Assembly: GCA_963663765.2 (NCBI GenBank)
Contig: CAXXUA010000005.1
Location: 608,001-672,000, forward strand
From: Candidatus Poribacteria bacterium
GTDB taxonomy: Bacteria; Poribacteria; WGA-4E; WGA-3G
DNA: 64,000 nucleotides
Direction: 5' to 3'
The notes under the pieces were generated by a model. It saw only the letters and a program-made list of their open reading frames with translations, was not told the origin of the DNA and did not search any database. Position numbers and translations under genes: made by a program. Every line of letters starts with the position of its first letter. Positions within the stretch are counted from its first letter, which is position 1. Below, piece after piece: positions 9,461-19,823 of this stretch.

Positions 9461-11416
9461 CTATGCAAAAAACAGGTAATACGCAAGGAACAACACAATG
9501 CCAATGACCATTGACACGATATATGCTTGTACAAGACCTGTTTGTAGACGTCGCAATGTCCCACCTATCACTCTAATAATCACAGCAACAGCATTGACAA
9601 TCCCATCAACAATGAGTGTATCAAACACTTTCCACAAGAGAAAATGAGAGATGTTCTTGATAGGTTGAACAATAAAAGTATTATATACCTCATCAATATA
9701 GAACTTGTTTGCAACAAGCCGTTGTAGTGCGTTTGTTGGTTCTGCAGCAGGTACGCGATCTTTATAACGTGTCCAGGCAAATGCGATTCCAAGCAAACCG
9801 ACAATAGACGAAACAATCATAAACGGTATTGCACTACCCAATTCTTTAACGTGTCCATCTTCTGCATGTCCAGCAGAAAAAACGTTTTCAGTGAAGTGGT
9901 GAAAGACACTATCATGTCCATCCCAACCAATTAACAAACCGATAATTGCCGATGGAACCGCAAGAATTACCAAGGGTAACCACATGACTGCAGGTGATTC
10001 ATGGAGGTGTGAGGCAACTTCAGATTCAACGCGAGATTTGCCGTAAAAAGTTACAAAAATGAGGCGGAACATATAGAATGCTGTCAGGAATGCTGTAATT
10101 AATCCGATGATATAAATTGCTTTTGAACTTCCCCAGGCACTATGCAGTATTTCATCCTTACTCCAGAAACCACTCAGGAATGGTGCACCTGCAATTGCTA
10201 ACGCACCAACCAAAAATGTTGCATGTGTTATGGGAAGTTTGTTCCGTAACCCTCCCATTTTTCGTATATCTAATTCATTTGCCATTGCATGCATCACACT
10301 ACCAGCAGTCAGGAACATCAACCCTTTAAAGAATGCATGTGTGACCAAGTGGAAAATGCCGGAAGCATACGCACCGACACCAACACCAACAAACATGTAA
10401 CCCAATTGGCTTACAGTGGAATATGCGAGAATTCGTTTGATGTCGTTCTGTTTGAGGGCTATTATTGCGGCAAAGAAAGCGGTTAATACCCCAATCCATG
10501 CTACAACAGCACCTGTATGTGCCAGATTATACAGCACTGCGGAACGTGCAATCATATAGACACCCGCGGTAACCATAGTGGCAGCGTGTATCAACGCACT
10601 AACAGGAGTTGGACCTTCCATTGCGTCCGGAAGCCAGACATACAAGGGGATTTGTGCAGATTTTCCAATTGCACCGACGAATAGTAACATTGTTGCAATT
10701 ACAAGAGTACTGGCTCCGAAAATTTGCTTGAAATTGTCTGTTTCAACAAAACCCACCCCATCTGCTGCTGGTTGTAATTCCTTAGCAGTTTCAAAGATGC
10801 TACCAAAATCAAGACTACCAAAGGCTGCGAATAGCGTAAACATACCTAACAGGAAACCGAAATCACCGATTCTGTTGACAATAAACGCCTTTTTACCTGC
10901 ATCTGTAGCAGACTGCTTCTCATACCAGAATCCAATTAGCAGATAGGAACACAATCCAACACCTTCCCAACCCACAAACATCATCAGATAGTTGTTTCCG
11001 AGTACGAGGATAAGCATAGCAAAGACAAACAGATTTAAGTATGCAAAATAACGCGTGTATCCTTCATCACCGTGCATGTAGCCTATAGAATATACGTGTA
11101 TAAGAAATCCGACACCTGTGATAACTAACAACATCACGGTCGTCAGTGCGTCAACATGGAAACCGATGTTGAAACTGAACGGTCCTGCTGAAATCCATTC
11201 ATAAATTATGCCATCTTCTTCGGGGTTAGGAAGTACGTTTCCACCACTTACCTTTATAAAGGCGATGATTGAACAGATTAGAGAGATGAAAACTGTTAGT
11301 GAACCGATCGTCCCGCTCAGTTTTTCCTGACCCTTTAACCATTTGCCAAACAATCCGTTAATCAAGAACCCAACAAGTGGGGAAATCAATAAGATAACAA
11401 TTAACTCTTTTGACAT
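9461..11416 (-). CDS. nuoL: NADH-quinone oxidoreductase subunit L
   Basis: GKSAQIPLYVWLPDAMEGPTPVSALIHAATMV, KAFIVNRIGD. Confidence 0.97.
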   Translation of the reverse strand: MSKELIVILLISPLVGFLINGLFGKWLKGQEKLSGTIGSLTVFISLICSIIAFIKVSGGNVLPNPEEDGIIYEWISAGPFSFNIGFHVDALTTVMLLVITGVGFLIHVYSIGYMHGDEGYTRYFAYLNLFVFAMLILVLGNNYLMMFVGWEGVGLCSYLLIGFWYEKQSATDAGKKAFIVNRIGDFGFLLGMFTLFAAFGSLDFGSIFETAKELQPAADGVGFVETDNFKQIFGASTLVIATMLLFVGAIGKSAQIPLYVWLPDAMEGPTPVSALIHAATMVTAGVYMIARSAVLYNLAHTGAVVAWIGVLTAFFAAIIALKQNDIKRILAYSTVSQLGYMFVGVGVGAYASGIFHLVTHAFFKGLMFLTAGSVMHAMANELDIRKMGGLRNKLPITHATFLVGALAIAGAPFLSGFWSKDEILHSAWGSSKAIYIIGLITAFLTAFYMFRLIFVTFYGKSRVESEVASHLHESPAVMWLPLVILAVPSAIIGLLIGWDGHDSVFHHFTENVFSAGHAEDGHVKELGSAIPFMIVSSIVGLLGIAFAWTRYKDRVPAAEPTNALQRLVANKFYIDEVYNTFIVQPIKNISHFLLWKVFDTLIVDGIVNAVAVIIRVIGGTLRRLQTGLVQAYIVSMVIGIVLFLAYYLFFA

Positions 11417-11418
11417 TT

Positions 11419-11724
11419 TTATCCTTTCAGCGAATTAACTTCATCTACATTAATTGTTTCTTTATGCTTGAATACACTCACGATAATAGCTAATCCGATA
11501 GCGACTTCAGCAGCAGCAACTGCCATTACGAAAAAGACAAACAATTGTCCCTCTGCTTGTCCCAAACTACGACTGATTGCAACAAAGGCAAGATTCGCTG
11601 CATTTAGCATCAGTTCAATACACATAAACATGATAATTGCGTTTCTACGGATGAGGACACCGAGGACACCTATTGTAAACAGAAGCGCACTTAATACGAG
11701 ATAATATTCTAAACCTAATGCCAT
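11419..11724 (-). CDS. nuoK: NADH-quinone oxidoreductase subunit K
   Basis: [28 protein letters not shown]. Confidence 0.97.
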   Translation of the reverse strand: MALGLEYYLVLSALLFTIGVLGVLIRRNAIIMFMCIELMLNAANLAFVAISRSLGQAEGQLFVFFVMAVAAAEVAIGLAIIVSVFKHKETINVDEVNSLKG

Positions 11725-11765
11725 ATATTAATCCTTTTCTACAAAATATATTATTGGTTTTTTCA

Positions 11766-12308
11766 TTAGTTATGAGTTTGGTTTTCACGTTTTACCAAGA
11801 CAATTACACCAATCAATGCTGCCAATAAAATGAGCGATGTTACCTCAAATGGTAGAAGATACTTACTAAATAACAATTCACCAATATTGTAGGTTGTTAC
11901 GGATTTTTCAGCAAATGCTGCTGCAGCTTCTCTTGTAGTTTCAGATCCTACCTCAGTATCATTCATCGCACTGATAGCGATAAAGATTACTTCCGCTGCC
12001 AATAAGACACCGAAAACGACAGCAATGCTTTTCATTTTCCCAGTAAGAGCACTCTTTGCAGGTAATGTGCCAAGGTTTAGCAACATAATTACAAAAAGGA
12101 AGAGCACCATAATTGCCCCAGCATATACAATCACTTGTACAGCAGCGACGAAGTGTGCCCCTAACAACACAAACAATCCGGCTTGTGCAAAAAATGTCAC
12201 AATAAGTGATAGAGCACTATAGATTGGATGCTTAAATGAGATAACAGAGATAGCACCTATCAGCGAAACTGCACCAAAGATAAAAAAGAGAACGTGTTCT
12301 GCAGTCAT
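11766..12308 (-). CDS. nuoJ: NADH-quinone oxidoreductase subunit J
   Basis: QVIVYAGAIMVLFLFVIMLL, YLLPFEVTSLILLAA. Confidence 0.97.
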   Translation of the reverse strand: MTAEHVLFFIFGAVSLIGAISVISFKHPIYSALSLIVTFFAQAGLFVLLGAHFVAAVQVIVYAGAIMVLFLFVIMLLNLGTLPAKSALTGKMKSIAVVFGVLLAAEVIFIAISAMNDTEVGSETTREAAAAFAEKSVTTYNIGELLFSKYLLPFEVTSLILLAALIGVIVLVKRENQTHN

Positions 12309-12318
12309 ATTGTAACTC

Positions 12319-13509
12319 CTATTCTATAGCTTCCAAGCCGCGTAGTGGTGGTGCAGCAAGTGTATCCTGTCCCACTGATTTGCTGTTAGTGTCTAATGCT
12401 AAAATCCCCGCTACAATTGCAACAACGATGAATGCAGCAACCAAATTACCAATACCAATCCAAAGTCGGCTACCATTCGTTACTATCCAGAGTGTTCCAG
12501 TAACAACGATTGATGTCAATGTAACCGGTAACAGGAATTTCCAACCGAAATTCATGAGTTGATCGTAGCGGAAACGTGGAAGTGTCCACCGAACCCAGAT
12601 AAACACAAACAGGAAGATACCAGTTTTTATAAAGAAGATTGCAAACGAGATAATTCCACTCCAGATTGGTCCTCCCATTGTTTCCAAACCGAAGAAGTGC
12701 CACCCTCCTAAGAACAATGTTACAACGACCCCTGAACCGACAATCATGTTCATATATTCTGCCATGAAGAAAATAGCGAATTTCATACTGCTGTATTCAG
12801 TGTGGTAACCTGCGACAAGTTCCTGTTCTGCTTCGGCAAGGTCAAAAGGCAATCGGTTTGTTTCTGCGAACATTGCAGTGGTAAATGCAAGGAACGCTGG
12901 GAAGTGTATGAAAAAATTCCATTGCCAGGGATTTGCCCCTTGTTCTATTGCAATTGTACGAAGACTGAGCGAACCAGATAACATGAGCACGCCAATAATT
13001 GCTAAACCCAAAGTCAATTCGTAACTTATCATTTGTGCAGATGAACGTAAACCCCCCAGAAGTGAGTACTTGTTATTTGATGCCCAAGCACCTATAACAA
13101 CACCATATACACCGAGAGAGGTAATCGCTAAGATATACAATATACCAATGTTTATGTCTGCGATCTGGAGAGGAATTTCAATATCAGCAATCGTGATAGT
13201 GCCTCCAAATGGAACGACTGCGACGGCAATCATCGCAGGTATTAAAAGCATGGCTGGAGCAAGCACATATAACGGTTTATCAACATGATTGGGGATAAGG
13301 TCTTCTTTAAAAAGGAACTTGATTCCATCTGCTATCGGTTGCAAGAGTCCTTGCGGTCCCACGCGATTCGGTCCTAAACGATCCTGCATCCATCCACTTA
13401 CACGTCGTTCAGACCAGATCATCGCCATCACTCCGATAATCAACAAATGGGCAATGAAGAGTATTTTTATAATTGGAATAATTAACTGTTGTAATATATC
13501 TATTTCCAT
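12319..13509 (-). CDS. nuoH: NADH-quinone oxidoreductase subunit H, with extra C-terminal hydrophobic helix
   Basis: QDRLGPNRVGPQGLLQPIADGIK, AETNRLPFDLAEAEQELVAGYHTEYS, PRFRYDQLM. Confidence 0.97.
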   Translation of the reverse strand: MEIDILQQLIIPIIKILFIAHLLIIGVMAMIWSERRVSGWMQDRLGPNRVGPQGLLQPIADGIKFLFKEDLIPNHVDKPLYVLAPAMLLIPAMIAVAVVPFGGTITIADIEIPLQIADINIGILYILAITSLGVYGVVIGAWASNNKYSLLGGLRSSAQMISYELTLGLAIIGVLMLSGSLSLRTIAIEQGANPWQWNFFIHFPAFLAFTTAMFAETNRLPFDLAEAEQELVAGYHTEYSSMKFAIFFMAEYMNMIVGSGVVVTLFLGGWHFFGLETMGGPIWSGIISFAIFFIKTGIFLFVFIWVRWTLPRFRYDQLMNFGWKFLLPVTLTSIVVTGTLWIVTNGSRLWIGIGNLVAAFIVVAIVAGILALDTNSKSVGQDTLAAPPLRGLEAIE

Positions 13510-13551
13510 GTATTCTCCTTCTTGATGACGCTGCTTAATTAAGATATGCGG

Positions 13552-15192
13552 TTAGTCCAACTTAACTCCCGAATCTCCAATATTTTGATGTGTTGCGTCA
13601 CCGTAACCTTGAACATTATCTGAAATCGCAATTGCAATTTCACCTGCAAAGTGATAATCAATTTCACCACCGAGTTGCTTTGCAAGTTGCTGTGTAATTT
13701 CCCAATCTGGTTGTGCTTCACCGGGTGGGTTGATCGTTTTCCGAATACGTTGAACCCATCCAGTTGAGTTGGTGAAAGTGCCATCTTTCTCAGCGAAGGT
13801 TGTTCCCGGCAGTACAACATCTGCTAATTCTGCTACCTCTGAATGCAAAATGTCCTGTACTATGAGAAAATCAACATTTTCTAATGCATCTTTTTCCGCA
13901 TCTGTAAGAGACCGTTCCGGCACACCGCTAACGAGATAAACAACTTTTGAACCAGAGACCATATCCCAAAGTGCATCGCCTTCTAAAACAACGTTTCCAT
14001 TAGCAGAACCGAGTATTGTTCGTGCACCTGTCGTATTTGGATTCTTGTCTGCTTCAATCGTGAATTGTGGGAACTTATGTTCTTCACCCGGTTGTTGACC
14101 AAAGAGTCCAAGTTGTGTTGTTTTCAGGACATCGTGTGCAAACTGCTGTAAAACGTAGTTGTCTTCATTTGTGCCTTGAGCAGAACCGATTACAACAATA
14201 TCTTCTTCTGTCTCAACTTCCGAGATCTTTTCAGTTATCAATGACAACACATCTGACCACTGCGTTGTAGAGAGTTCACCATCAACCCGTTTCAGTGGAA
14301 GTTGTAACCGATCATCACTGTTAACAAAGTGATATCCAAGCCTACCATCATCACACATCCAATGCTGGTTTATATCTTCATGAAAACGCGGTTTGATTCG
14401 ATACAATCCATCTTCCTTAAACTCAACAGTAATATTACAACCGACACTACAACCCGAACAGATGCTATTTTGCTTTTTCATGAACCAGGGACGTGATTTG
14501 AACAGGAAATCTTTACTAACCAACGCACCGACGGGACATATATCAACGACATTCCCAGCAAGTTTGTTATCAAGGAGTTGTATAGGCGTTCCCTCGTGAC
14601 TTCTCGGTATATCAATCTCATCGTGTGAACCACGATTGATGAGGCCAAGCTCACCACTACCTGATACTTCTTCACAGAAACGAATACACCGCGTGCAGAC
14701 TATACACCGCGTAGAATAAAGAAGTACATCCGGTCCTAAGTCCTTCTTCGGCGGCACGTTTTTTACTTCAACATAGCGACTCTTATCGTGTCCATGCCGA
14801 TAACTAAAGTCTTGCAAATCGCATTCACCTGCTTGGTCACAGACAGGACAATCAAGTGGGTGATGCACCAAAAGAAATTCAAGTATATCCTCACGTGCTT
14901 TTATGACACGGGGACTATCTGTGCGGACGATTACGTCATACTTTCCATCCAGTTTTCTTTCTGGTGGCGCGGATCGGACAGTCGTTGTGCAGCCCGTCGC
15001 TAATTGCTGTTCAGGCATCTCTGAACTTCTAAGGTAAAGGTCAATGAGACACATCCTACAGTTTGCAGGACGACTCAAACCCGGGTGGTAGCAGTAGTGA
15101 GGCACTTCAATACCGTGTTGCCGTGCTGCCTCTACTACATTCGTTCCATCTTCAACCTCAATTTCAAGGTCATTTAGTTTAATGAATGCCAT
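13552..15192 (-). CDS. nuoG: NADH-quinone oxidoreductase subunit G (short, 546 aa)
   Basis: CYHPGL..NCRMC, HPLDCPVCDQAGEC, CIVCTRCIRFC, CSGCSVGC Fe-S motifs. Confidence 0.93.
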   Translation of the reverse strand: MAFIKLNDLEIEVEDGTNVVEAARQHGIEVPHYCYHPGLSRPANCRMCLIDLYLRSSEMPEQQLATGCTTTVRSAPPERKLDGKYDVIVRTDSPRVIKAREDILEFLLVHHPLDCPVCDQAGECDLQDFSYRHGHDKSRYVEVKNVPPKKDLGPDVLLYSTRCIVCTRCIRFCEEVSGSGELGLINRGSHDEIDIPRSHEGTPIQLLDNKLAGNVVDICPVGALVSKDFLFKSRPWFMKKQNSICSGCSVGCNITVEFKEDGLYRIKPRFHEDINQHWMCDDGRLGYHFVNSDDRLQLPLKRVDGELSTTQWSDVLSLITEKISEVETEEDIVVIGSAQGTNEDNYVLQQFAHDVLKTTQLGLFGQQPGEEHKFPQFTIEADKNPNTTGARTILGSANGNVVLEGDALWDMVSGSKVVYLVSGVPERSLTDAEKDALENVDFLIVQDILHSEVAELADVVLPGTTFAEKDGTFTNSTGWVQRIRKTINPPGEAQPDWEITQQLAKQLGGEIDYHFAGEIAIAISDNVQGYGDATHQNIGDSGVKLD

Positions 15193-15225
15193 AAATATAA
15201 CTCCAAATAGCTTCAGTATTCCATT

Positions 15226-16701
15226 CTACAAGTCAGACATCTCTTTCGGAATAATCCGCTGTTGAAATGCGTAGTTTTCCTCAGGTGGTACTGTTGCTTC
15301 AGCAACAGGCAATGTCACAAGTTTACCTTCTCGGATAGCAGCTTCAAATTCAGGCATGAACTTTCGCAAATAACTGACTGCGGGCCACGAAACAGCAATA
15401 CCGAATACACAGATAGTGTTCCATGTCATTGTATCCACATTCGCAATGTTGTTAGCAACGTTTTCTAACAGTTCAAGATCTTCGTAGACTTCCTCTGTTT
15501 CACCAGTATCACCCCATCTACCACTTTCAGTAACACCAAACTTTGGTCGTGTGATAATGGTCTGTCTGCCATTGCCATCAGCAATACGTTGAACAATATC
15601 ACGTACCCACGGTGTTCCCCATCTGCACGGAGTGCACTGTCCACAAGATTCATGTGCATAGAACTTCATGATATTAAGCAAGCAATCCACGATATTTCGA
15701 GTCTCATTCATCACAATGATACCGCCAGAACCTAACATGGATTTGGCAAGCCTAAGTGACGTAAAATCGAGTCGTGTATCTAATTCGTAATGTGTCAAGA
15801 TCGGTGCGGAACTACCACCGGGGATAACTGCTTTAACCTCTTCACCCCGCAAACCGCCTGCAACTTCTATGAGTTCAGTACATGTCAAACCGAGATCCAA
15901 CTCGTACACACCCGGTTCGTTGACATCCCCACTGATACAGTAAAGTTTTGTACCGGTGTTGGGATCGGGTGTTGGTGGGTCGTTTCGCATATCTGCATAG
16001 ATTGGTCCCATCTTGGTATACCATTCAACACCATTACCGATAATAAATGGTAAATTACATAAGGTTTCCACATTCTGTACAACAGTGGGTTTCATGAACA
16101 CACCTTCAACCGCAGGAAATGGTGGTTTGTTGCGAGGTTGTCCACGTTTTCCTTCAAGCGATTCAATCAATCCTGTCTCTTCACCACAGATATAAGCACC
16201 AGCACCAGGATGTGTATAGATGTTTATGTTTAATCCCGTGTCACGAACATTTTCTCCAAGGTATCCTTGTTCGTAAGCCTCTTTGATGGCTGCATCTAAC
16301 ATTTTCTTACCCAGAGTGAACTCACCACGAATGTATACATACGTGGTCTCAATTCCCATCGCATAACAACAGATGAGGATACCTTCAATCAGCAGATGCG
16401 GATTTTTCTCTAAGACGTAGCGATTACTGAACGTCCCAGGTTCGCTCTCATCAGCGTTGCAACATAGGTAACGCGGCTCAATATCCCTTGGGACATAACT
16501 CCATTTTAACCCAGTAGAAAAACCAGCACCACCTCTGCCTTTCAGTCCAGAATCCTTCACCATTTTGGCGATGTCGTCCGGTTCATAATCAGCAACAGCC
16601 TTTTCAAAACCGGTGTAACCGTCATGTTGTCGATAAACATCAAAGGTGTTTATTTCGGGAACATCCAGATGTTCGTAGAGTATCCGTCTTTCTTGAACCA
16701 T
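15226..16701 (-). CDS. nuoF: NADH-quinone oxidoreductase subunit F
   Basis: GRGGAGF, NADESEPGTF, GAYICGEETGL, ESCGQCTPCR. Confidence 0.97.
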   Translation of the reverse strand: MVQERRILYEHLDVPEINTFDVYRQHDGYTGFEKAVADYEPDDIAKMVKDSGLKGRGGAGFSTGLKWSYVPRDIEPRYLCCNADESEPGTFSNRYVLEKNPHLLIEGILICCYAMGIETTYVYIRGEFTLGKKMLDAAIKEAYEQGYLGENVRDTGLNINIYTHPGAGAYICGEETGLIESLEGKRGQPRNKPPFPAVEGVFMKPTVVQNVETLCNLPFIIGNGVEWYTKMGPIYADMRNDPPTPDPNTGTKLYCISGDVNEPGVYELDLGLTCTELIEVAGGLRGEEVKAVIPGGSSAPILTHYELDTRLDFTSLRLAKSMLGSGGIIVMNETRNIVDCLLNIMKFYAHESCGQCTPCRWGTPWVRDIVQRIADGNGRQTIITRPKFGVTESGRWGDTGETEEVYEDLELLENVANNIANVDTMTWNTICVFGIAVSWPAVSYLRKFMPEFEAAIREGKLVTLPVAEATVPPEENYAFQQRIIPKEMSDL

Positions 16702-16711
16702 ATATTATCCT

Positions 16712-17230
16712 TTACAAATTTGCCAAAATCTCATCTAACTTTTCTGGTGTCAAATTCTTATGTAAATCGTCATTTACCATAATTACAGGGGCAACATCAC
16801 ACGATGCCAAACATTCAACTTTCATCAATGTGAACTTACCATCATCAGTTGTTCCTTTTGCAAGATTCGTTTCAGAAGCAATGTCTGTACCGAGTTTCGC
16901 TTTGAGATGCTCCAAAACCACTTTACAGTCTCGCAATGCACAAGGCAATGTATGACAAACGCGGATAACATATTTACCCACCGGTTCCTCAAAGAACATC
17001 GGATAGAAGGTCACCACGTCTTTTACCTTCATCACGGAAAGCTCCAACAGTTCTGCGACATACTTCATCACTGCAGGACTAATGTAACCCGCCTGCTTTT
17101 GTGCAAGGTGTAGTGTGGGCAGCATCGCTGCCTCTTTAATAGGATACCGACCAATCAGTTCGTCAAATTCTTGTTTGTTTTCTTCGTTAAACTGAAATGG
17201 TGTTTCTATTTGGACAATTTCATCTGACAT
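16712..17230 (-). CDS. nuoE: NADH-quinone oxidoreductase subunit E
   Basis: VTFYPMF, CHTLPC...ECLASC 2Fe-2S ligands. Confidence 0.96.
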   Translation of the reverse strand: MSDEIVQIETPFQFNEENKQEFDELIGRYPIKEAAMLPTLHLAQKQAGYISPAVMKYVAELLELSVMKVKDVVTFYPMFFEEPVGKYVIRVCHTLPCALRDCKVVLEHLKAKLGTDIASETNLAKGTTDDGKFTLMKVECLASCDVAPVIMVNDDLHKNLTPEKLDEILANL

Positions 17231-17305
17231 CTATGTTTTCCTTTTCTTCGCTATCGGCAGTCAGTAATTAGCAGTCTATATGAGATTTGGAACTAATGTT
17301 AAGTC

Positions 17306-17500
17306 CTATTTTTTAAATCCAAATCGCCAGATTAAATAGGCAATAACGGCTATCAGAAGTATAGTGTTTAGGACCAGAAATTGTAAAATAATGGAGAACA
17401 GTAACGTGTCAGTTCCAAGACATCCACTAAAAGTTAAACATATACAAACTATACCCAATAAATTCAGTGCTATCTTGCCTAAATGTCTTATATTTTTCAT
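17306..17500 (-). CDS. Small membrane protein or lipoprotein
   Basis: MKNIRHLGK..LTFSGC lipobox-like sequence plus a hydrophobic segment; ATG 17500 preferred. Confidence 0.45.
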   Translation of the reverse strand: MKNIRHLGKIALNLLGIVCICLTFSGCLGTDTLLFSIILQFLVLNTILLIAVIAYLIWRFGFKK

Positions 17501-17554
17501 GTGAAACAACTTATAGTAAATTTGCAAATTGTTTGAAGACTTAAACTAAACTCT

Positions 17555-17784
17555 TATCTTTCTGCTATGAATGCCTCCTGAACTTTGTGTGGCAGTTCAA
17601 CAAATATGAAATAAGATTCGGGATACAAATAATCTTCCTGAGATTCATCAACGACACGCAGATATCCTTCACAGACTGCATCTTCGTCATGCAGAATTTG
17701 ATAGAATTTTCGTTTCTCTTATGTCTTCACAACCGTTGTTTTGAATGCAAAGCGCAAATCGGGTTATTATAAAGCTTACTCCAT
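17555..17784 (-). pseudogene. Frameshifted small conserved hypothetical protein
   Basis: RFALCIQNNGCEDI, then after a +1 shift EKRKFYQILHDEDAVCEGYLRVVDESQEDYLYPESYFIFVELP. Confidence 0.5.
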
Positions 17785-17827
17785 TATTATAAATCCTTCT
17801 CACAAATTATACTTTTCCAAGTGTAAT

Positions 17828-18130
17828 TCAATTTAGAATGTTAAGCAAGATTCCAAAGATGACAACTCCAGTTACAGCAAAAAGTGCAATCACCATTCCA
17901 GTTGAAGATTCTTGATTATTTTCTCCAACAACTTCAGAGTGTATTAGTGGTGAAGCAAAAGTGAGTCCATCACTAACATTTTGTCCTTGCAATATCATGT
18001 GAACAGGCACGGAGATTCGTCCCGGGATACCGTTTTTGGCATAAATGTAGTGGCTGCCTTTAATTCGCTTTAACTGCCAATTGTGCTTTTCTAATAAACG
18101 ACAAAACGCTTTACCGGTTAACACTTTCAA
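17828..18130 (-). pseudogene. hicA: HicA toxin N-terminus fused to an unrelated hydrophobic tail
   Basis: LEKHNWQLKRIKGSHYIY...ISVPVH is HicA-like; the sequence after VPVH no longer resembles HicA. Confidence 0.65.
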
Positions 18131-18330
18131 ACAGCTATCTCCATCACTCTGTCATTTTCTGTAATATCCAGTGTGTCAACATCCACAGACAAACACCCTT
18201 CAATTGCTTCATAGATGTTTTCAAGCAATTCTTCAAAAGTGTCACCTTGTGTAGCACAACCGACGATTGATGGCACTCCCGCCCAATATCCACCTTCTTC
18301 AGCTTCATGAATAACAACTTTTAGTTTCAT
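18127..18330 (-). CDS. hicB: HicB-family antitoxin
   Basis: [11 protein letters not shown]...[22 protein letters not shown]; overlaps the hicA start. Confidence 0.9.
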   Translation of the reverse strand: MKLKVVIHEAEEGGYWAGVPSIVGCATQGDTFEELLENIYEAIEGCLSVDVDTLDITENDRVMEIAV

Positions 18331-18437
18331 AAATTGAAATCCATTTCTTCAAAGTTAATTTATCCTATTATGTTGAAAAACGCACCCTCTCTAAACTTCA
18401 ATTGTACCCGTACTAATGCAGAAACAGGATAATTTTC

Positions 18438-18854
18438 TTATGGACTTTGTATCCGTTTTTTTTCTAAAGCTTCGATTTTCTGTGTGAGTGTTTCTACCTG
18501 TTTTTCAAGTGTGCGATCTTTCTTGCTGCGCCATAAGACCACGACTTGTGGGATACCGACAATTGCCACGATGATGACCATAAGCCATGTGATCAGTTTT
18601 TCAACGCCATCCAACCGTCCACTGAGCGATGCGACATCTTCTTTTACAGACGCGATTTCTCCTTTGAGTTCCGATCTTACAGATGTGATTTCACTTTTGA
18701 GTTCCGTTTTTAAGGTTTGTATTTCCTTTTGAATTGGCTTAAGTTCCTCGGCTATGAGCAACCTAATTTTATTAAGATCGTTTTGGTCCAACTGACTGAT
18801 TGCTGGCGTGCTGATGAGCACGATTAACATGAGGGCAATTGTAAAGTATTTCAT
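18438..18854 (-). CDS. Signal peptide, coiled-coil, single-TM protein (copy 1)
   Basis: Signal peptide, 11-aa repeats (LKSEITSVRSE/LKGEIASVKED), TM helix; paralog at 19824-20249. Confidence 0.8.
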   Translation of the reverse strand: MKYFTIALMLIVLISTPAISQLDQNDLNKIRLLIAEELKPIQKEIQTLKTELKSEITSVRSELKGEIASVKEDVASLSGRLDGVEKLITWLMVIIVAIVGIPQVVVLWRSKKDRTLEKQVETLTQKIEALEKKRIQSP

Positions 18855-18890
18855 TTTGTCTTCTTGTGCATCTTGTTAGAATGCAGTGTG

Positions 18891-19706
18891 TTAACTACTT
18901 GTTTTCAAACGTGCTAATTCTTCACGGAGTAGTGCGACTTCTGCTTCTGCGTTTTCAGCACGTGCAGATTCTTGTTCAGCGCGGGCAGCTTCTTGTTCAG
19001 CGCGGGCAGCTTCTTGTTCAGCGCGGGCAGCTTCTTGTTCAGCGCGGGCAGATTCTTGTTCGGCGCGTGCAGATTCTTGTTCGGCGCGGGCAGATTCTTG
19101 TTCGGCAAATGTCCTAACCCAGTCGTCAGCAATAGGATCAAAAATCCTTATTTCTGGTCCTTCAAGACGAAAATCCAAACCCAAAACAGATGATTGAATC
19201 CCACCATCATCATCATCGGGGGAAATCGCTTCATAGGCACCATCTACTAAAGTAAATCCCATCAGCGGAGATGGTAAATACAAACCCTCTGCATCGTATA
19301 AGAAATAATCTTGTATCTCCAATGAAGCGTAAATATCCATTTTCTCATTTAAGTCTTTCTTATAAGTACTTTCACTGGAAAACTCCATCACGAAATCGGG
19401 TGCTTTTCCTTCTTCCCATGTTTTATATGTAAGACGCATCTTTGGGTTTATGCCAAAACAGACGAGTACGTCTGGAGATATTGACTTCCGGGGATCCCCT
19501 TCCCTATAATACATCATGATGTCACCAGAGATATAAACTTCCGACTCTGGTGCGAAATGTGCCTCAAGTGCTTGCAGCGTCCATATTAGTAATTTTAAAT
19601 GATAATCGCTTGCTGCCATCGGCTTTCCATCTTCTGTAGGGTATAGGTCTACATCACCAGCTGGGACATAAGAAATAAAGGTGTCTTTTGAATATGGGTG
19701 TGACAT
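18891..19706 (-). CDS. Uma2-family PD-(D/E)XK endonuclease with heptad-repeat tail (copy 1)
   Basis: DGKPMA, SPDVLV, PDFVMEFSS..T; 7x AEQE(S/A)AR. Confidence 0.9.
   Translation of the reverse strand: MSHPYSKDTFISYVPAGDVDLYPTEDGKPMAASDYHLKLLIWTLQALEAHFAPESEVYISGDIMMYYREGDPRKSISPDVLVCFGINPKMRLTYKTWEEGKAPDFVMEFSSESTYKKDLNEKMDIYASLEIQDYFLYDAEGLYLPSPLMGFTLVDGAYEAISPDDDDGGIQSSVLGLDFRLEGPEIRIFDPIADDWVRTFAEQESARAEQESARAEQESARAEQEAARAEQEAARAEQEAARAEQESARAENAEAEVALLREELARLKTSS
18960..19106 (-). repeat. In-frame 21-bp tandem repeat x7 (AEQE[S/A]AR)
   Basis: Directly visible in the DNA and protein sequence. Confidence 0.95.
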
Positions 19707-19823
19707 TATATTTTTCCTCAAAGTTTAGAATATTTTCGTCTCCTATTACCCAACATTTATGATAAATTGTATTCCGTTTAATTATAATTTATTTATCCTA
19801 TTATGTTGCAAAACGCTCTATCA

